Positions 17,442 to 26,276 of a stretch of 64,000 nt of DNA are shown here, piece by piece. A model generated the notes under the pieces. It saw only the letters and a program-made list of their open reading frames with translations. It did no database searches and was not told the origin of the DNA. The position numbers were made by a program, and so were the translations under genes. Positions within the stretch are counted from its first letter, which is position 1, and each line of letters begins with the position of its first letter. Source of the DNA: an uncultured Alphaproteobacteria bacterium (GTDB lineage Bacteria > Pseudomonadota > Alphaproteobacteria > Rhizobiales > Beijerinckiaceae); NCBI GenBank assembly GCA_963809245.1, contig CAWEIU010000008.1:45611-109610 (forward strand), given 5' to 3'.

Positions 17442-18188
17442 TTAAAGCGACATCCGCTTGAAGACGCGCTCCGGAATATGGACGATGGCGAGCATGATGA
17501 GCCGCCAGAAGCTGGGGAGATAGACGACGTCGCGCCCGCGCGCGACCGCGCCGACGATGCCGCGCGCCACGGCGTCGGGCTGTGCCCACAGCAGGCCTTT
17601 CCTAGCGATGTTGGCGGTCATCGGCGTATCGACGAAGCCAGGCTTGATCGTCACGACGGCGACGCCGGATCGGGCGAGCCGGTTGCGCAGGCCTTGGAGG
17701 AACACCGCGACCATCCCCTTGGCCGCCCCATAGACGTAGTTGCTCTGCCGGCCGCGGTCGCCGGCGACCGAGCCGATCACCGCGATTGTTCCGCGCCCCG
17801 CAGGCTCGAACAGGTTCGCCGCCAGCGTGGCGATCGAGACGACGCTCAGCGCATTGGTGCGAATCTCGGCCATCGCCCGCTCGACCGAGGCCTCGCAATC
17901 CTTTTGATCCGGCAACGAGCCATGCGCGATCAGCACGACATCGAGGCCGCCGAGCGCGGTCTGCGCCCCGGCGAACAGGGCTTCGTGCTGCGAAAAATCG
18001 TCGAGATCGGCGACGGCGGAGGCGACCTTCTGCTCCCCGCTCTTGCGCACCGCGAGGTCCTCGACGAGCGCGCGCAGCTTGTCGGGGTTGCGGCCGATGA
18101 GAAAAACGCTGTCACCCTCAGCGATCCATCGCCGCGCGCAGGCTGTCGCGATCGCCGACGTCGCCCCAAAGATTGCGATCCTGCTCAT
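17442..18188 (-). CDS. DprE2-like short-chain dehydrogenase (polyprenyl-phospho-2-keto-pentofuranose reductase type)
   Basis: ORF 17442..18188. SDR YxxxK (YVYGAAK). The C-terminal tail YLPSFWRLIMLAIVHIPERVFKRMSL resembles the DprE2 tail as I recall it (...FRYVMMVLRHIPRSIFRKL). ATGA overlap with the upstream gene. Confidence 0.75.
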   Translation of the reverse strand: MSRIAIFGATSAIATACARRWIAEGDSVFLIGRNPDKLRALVEDLAVRKSGEQKVASAVADLDDFSQHEALFAGAQTALGGLDVVLIAHGSLPDQKDCEASVERAMAEIRTNALSVVSIATLAANLFEPAGRGTIAVIGSVAGDRGRQSNYVYGAAKGMVAVFLQGLRNRLARSGVAVVTIKPGFVDTPMTANIARKGLLWAQPDAVARGIVGAVARGRDVVYLPSFWRLIMLAIVHIPERVFKRMSL

Positions 18189-19528
18189 GTCGTTGGTTGC
18201 TCCATGACGCGGCGCCAGAACCCGGACGAGAATTGCGGATCGACGTAGGAGCCGAAAGCCTCCGAAGAGGGAAAGCCCGTCCGGAACATCGCCGGCGGCA
18301 TGCGCGCGTCCTTGCCGGGGTAGAGCGCGCCGCCCGCCTCGCGCACGATCGCGTCGAGCCGCTCGAACAGCTTCTCGGTCGCTTCGCCCTCATTGGCGAA
18401 ATCGAGCGCGAGCGTCGCGCCGGCGCGCGGGAAGGACAGCATTCCCAGCGAGGGCCGGTCGCCGAAGGTCTTCAGCACCGCCAGGAACGAGCCGAGGCCG
18501 CTTTGCGCGATTTTCTCCAGCATCGCCGCGACGCCCAGCACGGCTGCGGCGCGCGGCAGCACGCATTGGTATTGGAAGAAGCCGCGTGCGCCGTAGATGC
18601 GGTTCCAATTCTCCATCGCGTCGAGCGGATAGAAATAGGGGACGTAGTGGGTGAGCGTGCGCCCCCGCGGCAGCGGGCGATTGTAATAGAGCAGATTGAA
18701 GGTGCGCAGCGACAAGCGGTTGATGAGCGAGACGGGCGGGTCCAGCGGGAAGCTCTTGCGCTTTTCCCGCCAGGCCGGAAGCTCCGGCTGCGGCGGCGCG
18801 TGGCGGCCGACGTGGAGGACGCCCCTGCCGCGCTTCGACGTGCAGTCGATCCAGGATACGGTGTAGGGCCACTCCCGCTCCGCTTCGCTATTCATGGCCC
18901 AGAATTCCTCGAGGCTGCGGAAACGCAGCGCCTCGGTGACCATGAACGGGTTGCTGATCGGAATCAGCGCGAGTTCGACCCAGGTGATGAGGCCGGTGAG
19001 GCCGAGCCCCCCGACGGTGGCGGCGAACCATTCCGGCTCGCGATCCGGCCCGCACACGATGCGCTCGCCGTTCGAGCGCACCAGCTCCAGCGCCGTCACA
19101 TGATTACCGAAGCTGCCCGCGACGTGATGGTTCTTGCCGTGCACGTCGTTGGCGACGGCCCCGCCGACGGTGACAAAGCGCGTTCCCGGCGTCACCGGCA
19201 GGAACCAGCCCATGGGAACGACGAGGTCGAGGATCGCGGCCAGTTGCATGCCCGCTTCACATTTGAGGCGCCCCGTCGCGCGGTCGAAGGCGATGAAATG
19301 GTCGAGCCGAAGCGTGCGAAGCACCGTTCCGCCGTCGTTGAGGCAGACGTCGCCGTAGCTGCGACCCGATCCATAGGCGATGCAGCGCGTTCCGGCGGCT
19401 GCGTTCGCCAGCGCGGCGAAGCGATCGGCGATCTCGACGATGTGGGCGGGATTGGCCTTCGGCAGGCGGTTCCAGGAGGGAACGGGCGAACTCGTGCCGG
19501 CGTTCCGGCGCGCCGCGACCCGCGTCAC
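18185..19528 (-). CDS. DprE1-like FAD-dependent oxidase (polyprenyl-phospho-ribofuranose 2'-oxidase type)
   Basis: ORF 18185..19528 (GTG start, GTGA overlap with the gtrA-like stop). GSGRSYGD, TVGGAVANDVHGKNHHVAGSFGNHV, FYPLDAMENWNRIYGARGFFQYQCVLP all closely parallel DprE1 motifs as I recall them. Confidence 0.8.
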   Translation of the reverse strand: MTRVAARRNAGTSSPVPSWNRLPKANPAHIVEIADRFAALANAAAGTRCIAYGSGRSYGDVCLNDGGTVLRTLRLDHFIAFDRATGRLKCEAGMQLAAILDLVVPMGWFLPVTPGTRFVTVGGAVANDVHGKNHHVAGSFGNHVTALELVRSNGERIVCGPDREPEWFAATVGGLGLTGLITWVELALIPISNPFMVTEALRFRSLEEFWAMNSEAEREWPYTVSWIDCTSKRGRGVLHVGRHAPPQPELPAWREKRKSFPLDPPVSLINRLSLRTFNLLYYNRPLPRGRTLTHYVPYFYPLDAMENWNRIYGARGFFQYQCVLPRAAAVLGVAAMLEKIAQSGLGSFLAVLKTFGDRPSLGMLSFPRAGATLALDFANEGEATEKLFERLDAIVREAGGALYPGKDARMPPAMFRTGFPSSEAFGSYVDPQFSSGFWRRVMEQPTT

Positions 19529-19992
19529 GCGATTTCACGAGTTGCCGGACGGACGGTCGCCGGCGCGTCCCTGCTTGCGAAGGTGATGAATTTGTGCGCG
19601 GCGAAGTTGACGAAGACCGGCAGCATGATTGCGACGCCGTGCGCCGCCGACTGCGCGTAGAAAGCGGGCGCGTAGGGCTCGAACAACGCATCGAGGCCGA
19701 AGGCGGCGCCGACGACGACCGGGAAGGCGATGAGATTGAACAGGAAGAACCAGCCGATCTCGTGGTGCAACGGCTTGTCGGAAGCAGGAAAGACGAACAG
19801 CCGATTGAGCGTGAAAGCCGTCGCGAAGCCGACGAGATAAGCCAGGGACACCGCGGCCCAGAACGAAAAAGAACGCTCGAAAGCGAAGCGGCTGGCGAAG
19901 TTCGCCACCGCCGCCAAGCCGCCGGCGACGAGAAACTTGCCGAACTGGCCGGTCAGATACAGAGAGACGAGGCGCTGCAAGTTCGGGACCAT
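19525..19992 (-). CDS. GtrA-family small membrane protein
   Basis: Lies inside ORF 19525..20076. ATG 19992 gives MVPNLQRLVSLYLTGQFGKFLVAGGLAAVANFASRFAF... with four predicted TMs, matching the GtrA-like signature. Confidence 0.75.
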   Translation of the reverse strand: MVPNLQRLVSLYLTGQFGKFLVAGGLAAVANFASRFAFERSFSFWAAVSLAYLVGFATAFTLNRLFVFPASDKPLHHEIGWFFLFNLIAFPVVVGAAFGLDALFEPYAPAFYAQSAAHGVAIMLPVFVNFAAHKFITFASRDAPATVRPATREIA

Positions 19993-20027
19993 CGGTTGTT
20001 CCCCCGCGGTTTTTATTGGGCGGCTCG

Positions 20028-22295
20028 CTACCTGACAACCGCGCGGGGTTGTCCGATAGCCATCCACTGACCCCATTCGCTGCCCCGGTCCATCGCGACG
20101 AGCAGCAAGGGACGCGCCGCTTTTTCAGGCGGCAAGGTCAAAACGAGCGAGCGCCACTGGATGCGAACCGCCGGCCTGAAGCGGATATAGACTTCGCCCG
20201 TTTCCGCATCCTTGACGACGATCGACTGGCCGTGCGTCGACGGCCCCGTGACGAGCGGCAAGGCGAAGGCTCCCTGCGGGGCCGTGAACGGGCCGACTGT
20301 CGCCTCGCCTTCATTGGCGTCCGCGCCCGACCACGAGCCGAACACGGGGCCGTCAAACGGCGGCGTGCCCGCGGAGACATGGTAGCCGTTCGGCGTCCAC
20401 CCGCCTGAGAGCGCGACCTTCCCTTCGATCGGCGCGCCCGCAACGGCGACATCGGCCTCCCGCGGAGGCGCGCCGACAGTCTCGACAGGCGGCGCGGGCC
20501 GGGCGCCAACGAGGCAGACCGTGTGGCCGTCGCCCACGACGGCATAGGCGCGCAACGGCTCGTCGGCGGGAACATTGGCGAAGCCGCGCCAACCGACGTA
20601 CCGGCTTCGCACCTCCGGCACGGCGGCGCGCACGTCCCGACGCCGTGCGCCGCCGGTGGCGAAGCCGACGATCGCGTCGTGCGAATCGACGAACAGCACG
20701 CGCCGAACCAGCGCCTTGCTCCGCCGATCCCAGGCCCAGCCGCTCGCGCTGACGCCGTCACTCTCGGCGACTGTCTCGGCGCTGTCGAAAGCGCCACGGC
20801 AGGCGCTGTTGTCGATCGTCGGGTACACGCTCGGCAACGGCGCGCCGCGCATGTGCGCCTCAGGCCAGGAGAAAATGGAGAGATTTCGGTCGCGGAGGAA
20901 CGGTGCTTCGCTTTTCGGCGCCCCGGGGTCGGGATAGGCTAGGCGTAGGGCGTCGCTCGCCGCGACGCCACTGAGCAAGGCGTCGCTCGCCAGAGCGAGC
21001 TCCTCATAGTGTTGTCGCGCCTCGCCGCGCTCTGCAAGGTGCGCCTTTACGGCGCCCACGAGAACGGCGACGGCGACCGCGGCGAATGTCGCGATCGCCG
21101 CGAACGAAGCCCGGCTGGGTCGTAGAAACGAAGCAAGATAAATGACTTGCGCCGACCAAAAGACTGCGGCCGGCGTGAAATAGCGGCTCGACAGGGCCTG
21201 ATCGAGGCCGAAAAAGGCGCGACCGAACGCCGTCGCCGCAGCCGTCGCCGCGACAAAGACCATGACGCCTGTCAGCGTCGCGCGCGCGGAATCCTGGTCC
21301 TTTTGCAGGATCGCCAGGCGCAGGACGGCGGCTGTCGTCATCGCGGCTCCGACGGCGCCCATCACGCCCGCGGCGACGGGTCCGAGCGACCCGGCGACGC
21401 CGCCAAGGTAGATGAGCACATAGGCGATGAAGGCGAACGGATGTTGCAGAACGAAGCCCGGCGGCGAGTGCTCCGCAACCGGTCGATAGCCGTGGAAATA
21501 AGCGACGAGCAGGACGACCGCGAGCGCCACGTAGCCAGCGATCAGCGCGGGTCGAGCCCGTAGGGCCGCAGCGAGGAGCGCCATGGTCAGGACGACCAGG
21601 ACTCCATTCGACATCGTGTAGGTCGCCACGATCCCCATCGCGCCGGCGCCGAGGGCATGGCCGAGGAACGACACTCCGGCTTTCTGCCTTTCGATCGCCA
21701 GCGCCAGCAACCAAAGCGCCAAGGTCGCCGCAGCGTAAACGCCGACGAACTGGACCTGGAAACCCCAGGTGAAGTTATTCGCCTGGGCAAAGGAGAACAG
21801 CAGGATCGCGACGATCGAGGTCGACAGCGTGGCGAGGAGGGCCGCATTGCAGCGCCGGGCAATGACCGCGAACAGGGCCAAGTGCAGAAACTGCACGATG
21901 AACACGCACGTCAGGTTGATGATGTTCAGCCCGCGCCCAAGCGCGAAATCCGCCAAGAAGATCAATCGAGGGAACGCGATCCGGTGCTCATTGTGCTGCG
22001 CGAAAAGCAGCGAAAGGCCGTCGCCGCCCTCGATCCAGCGATGATAGGCGCGCACAACGTCCCACTGGTCCCAGTAGAATAAGGGATGGAAATACTTCAC
22101 TGAGAGGTAAAGAGTTTGAGCGAAAACCGCACAAGCGCCGAGAAGACAGGCGGCGGTCGCCGCGATCAAAAGCGGGAGCCGCGCACCTTCGAAATGCCGC
22201 TGTCTTCCGGGTAGTAGAAGCGACGCGATGAGCACCGAGATTGGCCGCTCCGCCAACCGTCGTATCCGACCGCCCGTATCCGTCGTCGCAGCCAT
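20028..22295 (-). CDS. Polytopic membrane protein with about 330-aa C-terminal extracytoplasmic domain; candidate GT-C glycosyltransferase
   Basis: ORF 20028..22295, 755 aa, GAGGGGG upstream of the ATG. Many hydrophobic helices in residues 40-410. First loop contains KYFHPLFYWDQWD...FAQHNEHRIAFPRL. The soluble tail is Gly/Val/Ala-rich. Confidence 0.55.
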   Translation of the reverse strand: MAATTDTGGRIRRLAERPISVLIASLLLPGRQRHFEGARLPLLIAATAACLLGACAVFAQTLYLSVKYFHPLFYWDQWDVVRAYHRWIEGGDGLSLLFAQHNEHRIAFPRLIFLADFALGRGLNIINLTCVFIVQFLHLALFAVIARRCNAALLATLSTSIVAILLFSFAQANNFTWGFQVQFVGVYAAATLALWLLALAIERQKAGVSFLGHALGAGAMGIVATYTMSNGVLVVLTMALLAAALRARPALIAGYVALAVVLLVAYFHGYRPVAEHSPPGFVLQHPFAFIAYVLIYLGGVAGSLGPVAAGVMGAVGAAMTTAAVLRLAILQKDQDSARATLTGVMVFVAATAAATAFGRAFFGLDQALSSRYFTPAAVFWSAQVIYLASFLRPSRASFAAIATFAAVAVAVLVGAVKAHLAERGEARQHYEELALASDALLSGVAASDALRLAYPDPGAPKSEAPFLRDRNLSIFSWPEAHMRGAPLPSVYPTIDNSACRGAFDSAETVAESDGVSASGWAWDRRSKALVRRVLFVDSHDAIVGFATGGARRRDVRAAVPEVRSRYVGWRGFANVPADEPLRAYAVVGDGHTVCLVGARPAPPVETVGAPPREADVAVAGAPIEGKVALSGGWTPNGYHVSAGTPPFDGPVFGSWSGADANEGEATVGPFTAPQGAFALPLVTGPSTHGQSIVVKDAETGEVYIRFRPAVRIQWRSLVLTLPPEKAARPLLLVAMDRGSEWGQWMAIGQPRAVVR

Positions 22296-22668
22296 TGCCC
22301 CCTCGTCACAAATGCGATGCCAGTCTGATAGAGGCTACGGACTGTCCGCGCAAACCAGGTACGCGGCTCTTTCGGATTTTCGCGGCTTAGAGAATGCTCC
22401 CGTCGAGCATAGCCGGGCATGGAGCTCCGCGACGGCGGGATTTGCCGCAACACCAGCGGAGCGGCCTCGTCGAAGGTGCGTCAGCCGGCGCGCCCGGAAT
22501 GGATCATAGAAAATTCACATTGCATACTGGAAGATGGCCCCAGGCGCGTCGCGCCGGCCCTCGCCTCAAAGCCCGGACTTCGGCAGTGATAACGGGTGCG
22601 GGTGCTCGGCGCAAACCCGTACCCTGATCGGTGGTCATCGCCGCGGCGTCAGAAACCTCGCGATTAGA

Positions 22669-23916
22669 CTAGAAGAGACTTCCGTCGATCAGCGCCCGGC
22701 ATTGCGCTCCTTGAAGATGCACTTTCCACATCTTTGAGGCGTTGCCATCGTAGTGAATCGGAAGGTCGTATTCCTCGGATTGTGCGCACAAAGCAACATG
22801 TTGCCGCCAATCGACGGCGTCGTGGCGCCGAGTCAACTTCGGTAGGCCTTGCGCGATCCCGACGGCAAGGACGGCCAAGAGGAGGGAACGCATAGAAAGG
22901 TTGGACTTTGCTGCCAACCAAGTCACCGCCCAGCCAAGAAGGATGTAACTGTAGAAGAAATAGCGTGGACCGTCTACAAAAGGATGGATCGCCTTGAGGG
23001 GGATCCGCAACAGAACAATGACAGTAATCGATAGCCACGATAGGCCGATAAATACAAAATATCTATCTATCTTATGCCGCTCCAAGAATATAGATGCTGC
23101 GATTAAGCTAATTACCGCCCAGCCAACTGCAATGGTGACATCCTCGGAGCTTATCCACGCTCCTACGAAAAGCCCAAAGAATTTTTCGACGAACAAAGGA
23201 ATTGTCAATTTTCCGAGCGTCGCGGTCGGGCCGCCATAGACGTGCAAAGTGCCCGCTTGGACGGCGGCAAGGAGAGCAGCTACGCCAGCGCACGTCACTT
23301 CGGACCGATGTCGTTCCATCGCCGCGCGGAGGCCGAAAAAGCAGGATAGGGGAATCACTATTGGCGACGATAGGCCGCCAAAGACGATGAAAAACAAGCG
23401 CAGCGCCTGCCATCCTCTGTTTCTGTCCCAGATTAGCGCCAATATAATCCAAAGCCCTGCCCACCAGAACGTATATTCAGATACGGCAAAGACTTCTGAG
23501 TCCGTTGGAATCAAGACCGGAAGCAGAGCGCAAAGCGGTCTCCATCTGAGGTGCGTCGGCGCTAGGGCCACGGAGGCGATAACGCCGCAAGTAAAGGCGA
23601 CCGTTGGCGCGACGGCGATTTCAGGCGCCCAAAGGAAGGATATCTTGTACGCGCTTAACGTAACGAGCTTGGTTGCAAGCACATGATAGCCAGAGACGGG
23701 CTTGAATAGGCTCCAGGCTCCGGTCTCGGCGAATGCCTTCAAGATCTCCGTGCCATCCTCCACCCAAATGTACGGATGGAGGAACTGGTCTGGACGCCTA
23801 TAGAAAAGGACGAGCAGGGTGGCCGCTACGAGTAGCGAAGTTTTCGAAAGCGCCTTCCACGACCTTGCCCGGCTGATCGCTATGCTGCCCCCGGTGGCAT
23901 ACTCGAGAACCGCCAT
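22669..23916 (-). CDS. AT-richer polytopic membrane protein (about 11-12 TMs); candidate GT-C glycosyltransferase or polymerase
   Basis: ORF 22669..23931 (TTG). I prefer ATG 23916 (GGGGGAA upstream; it lies just beyond the TGA stop at 23918-23920 of the upstream gene). First loop QFLHPYIWVEDG. Hand-counted G+C is about 55% over 22801-23880. Confidence 0.55.
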   Translation of the reverse strand: MAVLEYATGGSIAISRARSWKALSKTSLLVAATLLVLFYRRPDQFLHPYIWVEDGTEILKAFAETGAWSLFKPVSGYHVLATKLVTLSAYKISFLWAPEIAVAPTVAFTCGVIASVALAPTHLRWRPLCALLPVLIPTDSEVFAVSEYTFWWAGLWIILALIWDRNRGWQALRLFFIVFGGLSSPIVIPLSCFFGLRAAMERHRSEVTCAGVAALLAAVQAGTLHVYGGPTATLGKLTIPLFVEKFFGLFVGAWISSEDVTIAVGWAVISLIAASIFLERHKIDRYFVFIGLSWLSITVIVLLRIPLKAIHPFVDGPRYFFYSYILLGWAVTWLAAKSNLSMRSLLLAVLAVGIAQGLPKLTRRHDAVDWRQHVALCAQSEEYDLPIHYDGNASKMWKVHLQGAQCRALIDGSLF

Positions 23917-23917
23917 T

Positions 23918-25240
23918 TCACTTCCCCCCAAACACCGGCTCCCGCCTCGGCTGGTAGTCCGTGCCGATGGCTTGCGCCATCTCTTTCGCTAGCCGCGCGC
24001 CTTCGGAAATACCGCGGTCTTCCGGGTAATAGAAGCAAGTGTCGGCGATTTGCAAGCCGGCGATGGGGGTGCGGATCGGCGGCAGCTTGGCGGCGAAGCC
24101 GGGTTCGCACAGCGGCTGGGCGTAGCGCAGGCGGCCGACCTTTGAGGCGAGGCGGTCGGCGTCGGCGAGCGCGGGGTTGATGCGTTTGATGTAGCCGAAG
24201 CTCTCGTCGACGAAGGCGGCGTCCGGCGCGGTCCACTTCGGGTTGTCGGTCGGCATGTAATAGGGAACGTAGACGATCGTCTGCGGCGTCGGCCTGAGGT
24301 TCGAGAATTCGATCAGGCCGGGGATCTCGATCGTCTCGTCGACGATGTTGAGCCAGAAGTGCGGCGTCACCGAGCGCTTGAGCTTATGGACGACGCAGAC
24401 GACGCCGATGTTGCGGATCGCCTCGTAGGCTTTTTTCGCCGCGTCGGGGAGGTCGGGCACGATCCGGCTGACGAAGGGCGTCGGCACGGTCGAGATCACC
24501 GCCTCGGCGGCAAAGACCTTGCCGCCCGCCTCGACGCCGGTCACGCGGCCCTTCTCGCTCGTCACCTTCTGCGCAGGCGTCGCGAGGTGGATGCGGCCGC
24601 CCCGCTTCGTGATGGATTGCACGAGCGCCGAGACGAGCGTCTCCGAGCCGCCGTCGATATAGCCGAGCTCCTCTTGAAACATCGAGCGCCGCGAGGTGCC
24701 GACGCGCTTGATGCGGGTCGCGATCCAGGCGGCGGAAACATCGTCGGCGTATTGATAGAACTTCAGCTTCAGCAGCCGGCGCCACAGCAGATCGAACACG
24801 CGCTGGCCCGACCCGGCTTCGATCCAGCGGCGCGTCGAGACGTTTTCGAGGTCGTCGAAGCTGCGCCGCCGGGTCGTCAGGAACATCTGCAAACCGGTGC
24901 GGAACTTCGAGATCGGATCGAGCTTGGGGAAGCGGAGCAGCGAGATCGGGTCGCCCCAGCGATAGAGGCTTCCGTCGATCCAATAGGCCATCGAGGTGCC
25001 GCGCCAGCGCATCTGGTCGCCGATGCCGAGCTCCTTCATCAGCGAGAACGTCGCCGCGTCCGCCTTGCAGACGAAGTGATAGAAGCGCTCGAGCGACAGG
25101 CCGTCGAAGTCGAAGTGCGCCGCCATGCCGCCCGCTTGCGCGTCGGCCTCCACGACGTCGACCTCGTGGCCGAGATTGAGCGCATAGTGGGCGGCGGCGA
25201 GCCCCATGGCGCCGGCCCCGATGACGACGGTCTTCACCAT
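23918..25240 (-). CDS. FAD/NAD(P)-binding oxidoreductase (amine oxidase/phytoene desaturase-like fold)
   Basis: Lies inside ORF 23918..25456. ATG 25240 (GGGGGAG upstream) gives MVKTVVIGAGAMGLAAAHYALNLGHEVDVVEA (GxGxxG...E dinucleotide-binding motif). Confidence 0.75.
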   Translation of the reverse strand: MVKTVVIGAGAMGLAAAHYALNLGHEVDVVEADAQAGGMAAHFDFDGLSLERFYHFVCKADAATFSLMKELGIGDQMRWRGTSMAYWIDGSLYRWGDPISLLRFPKLDPISKFRTGLQMFLTTRRRSFDDLENVSTRRWIEAGSGQRVFDLLWRRLLKLKFYQYADDVSAAWIATRIKRVGTSRRSMFQEELGYIDGGSETLVSALVQSITKRGGRIHLATPAQKVTSEKGRVTGVEAGGKVFAAEAVISTVPTPFVSRIVPDLPDAAKKAYEAIRNIGVVCVVHKLKRSVTPHFWLNIVDETIEIPGLIEFSNLRPTPQTIVYVPYYMPTDNPKWTAPDAAFVDESFGYIKRINPALADADRLASKVGRLRYAQPLCEPGFAAKLPPIRTPIAGLQIADTCFYYPEDRGISEGARLAKEMAQAIGTDYQPRREPVFGGK

Positions 25241-25266
25241 CCCGATGCTCCCCCTATGAGACTCGG

Positions 25267-26193
25267 TCAGAAGTCGAGCACGATCTGAGCGTAGCGCGGA
25301 TCGCGGTAGGTCTCCTCGAGCGCTTGCTTCAAGGGCGTCTCGGCGACGCCGAAGATCGTCGGCCAATCGATCACCGGGAAGACTTCCGGGATCACCAGCG
25401 CCTCGAGCTGGTTGACCGTGAAGGGCGGATCGCGATCGAACTTCGCATAGAGCCACAGCAGCGCATAGAAGGCGCCGTAGGGTATGTTGACGATGCGCGC
25501 CTTGGCGCCGGTGATCGATTTGATGAGCCGGATGATGTCGATGTAGTCGATCTCGGCGCGGCCGCTGATGTCGTAGGTTCCGCGCGTGCGGCGCTCGATG
25601 GCGGCGGCGATGATGGCGGCGAAATCGCCTGCATAGAGCGGCTGGCGGCGGAACTTGCCGTCGCCCGGCACGGGAAAGAGCGGTGTGCGGTCCATGAAGC
25701 GCCGGAGCCAGCCGAGGTGTTTGCGGTCGAACCAGCCGAACATCAGCGTCGGGCGCAACACGACATGGGGGATCTCCACGGTGTCGATCAGGCGCTCCTG
25801 CGCCGTCTTGCTCTCGACATAGAAGTCCTGCGCCTCGGAATTGACGACCGACGAGGAGATGTGGACGAAATAGGGAACCTTATGGGCGCGCATCGCCTCG
25901 ACGATCCGCGCCGTCGCGGTGACATTGTTGGCGATGAATTGCGCGCGGTCGAGCCCGCCGATCTGGGCCTGATTGACGACGACCGCGTCGGCGCCGGCGA
26001 AAGCGTCCATCCAGGCGCCGGCGACGCTCAGATCCGCTTCGATGACTTCGATCTCAGGATGCAGCGCCCGCAGGCGCGCGGTGTTGGTGGGATGCTTATC
26101 GATGCCGACGACGCGATAGCCGGGCGCGGTGAGACGCGGCACGAGATTCTGGCCGACGAGCCCAGCGGCTCCGGTGACGACGATTGTCTTCAT
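25267..26193 (-). CDS. NAD-dependent epimerase/dehydratase family protein
   Basis: ORF 25267..26193. MKTIVVTGAAGLVGQNL Rossmann motif and YVESK (YxxxK). Confidence 0.8.
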   Translation of the reverse strand: MKTIVVTGAAGLVGQNLVPRLTAPGYRVVGIDKHPTNTARLRALHPEIEVIEADLSVAGAWMDAFAGADAVVVNQAQIGGLDRAQFIANNVTATARIVEAMRAHKVPYFVHISSSVVNSEAQDFYVESKTAQERLIDTVEIPHVVLRPTLMFGWFDRKHLGWLRRFMDRTPLFPVPGDGKFRRQPLYAGDFAAIIAAAIERRTRGTYDISGRAEIDYIDIIRLIKSITGAKARIVNIPYGAFYALLWLYAKFDRDPPFTVNQLEALVIPEVFPVIDWPTIFGVAETPLKQALEETYRDPRYAQIVLDF

Positions 26194-26276
26194 GGACCCT
26201 TAAGCGGATTTGAGGACGGCAAATCGCGGCGCCGCGCTCTTGTCGCTCCGAGTTGAGAAGCCAGGAGCAAGACGCA

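Noticed and set aside
17065-17445. 126-aa ORF with a Cys-rich start (CPKC...HC) that could be a small zinc-binding protein
   Set aside because: GC3 is not elevated as in real genes here. The second half is a translation of the inverted-repeat element ('...LDHRASLAMT...'), and it runs into the convergent DprE2-like gene. It is kept only as a low-interest note.
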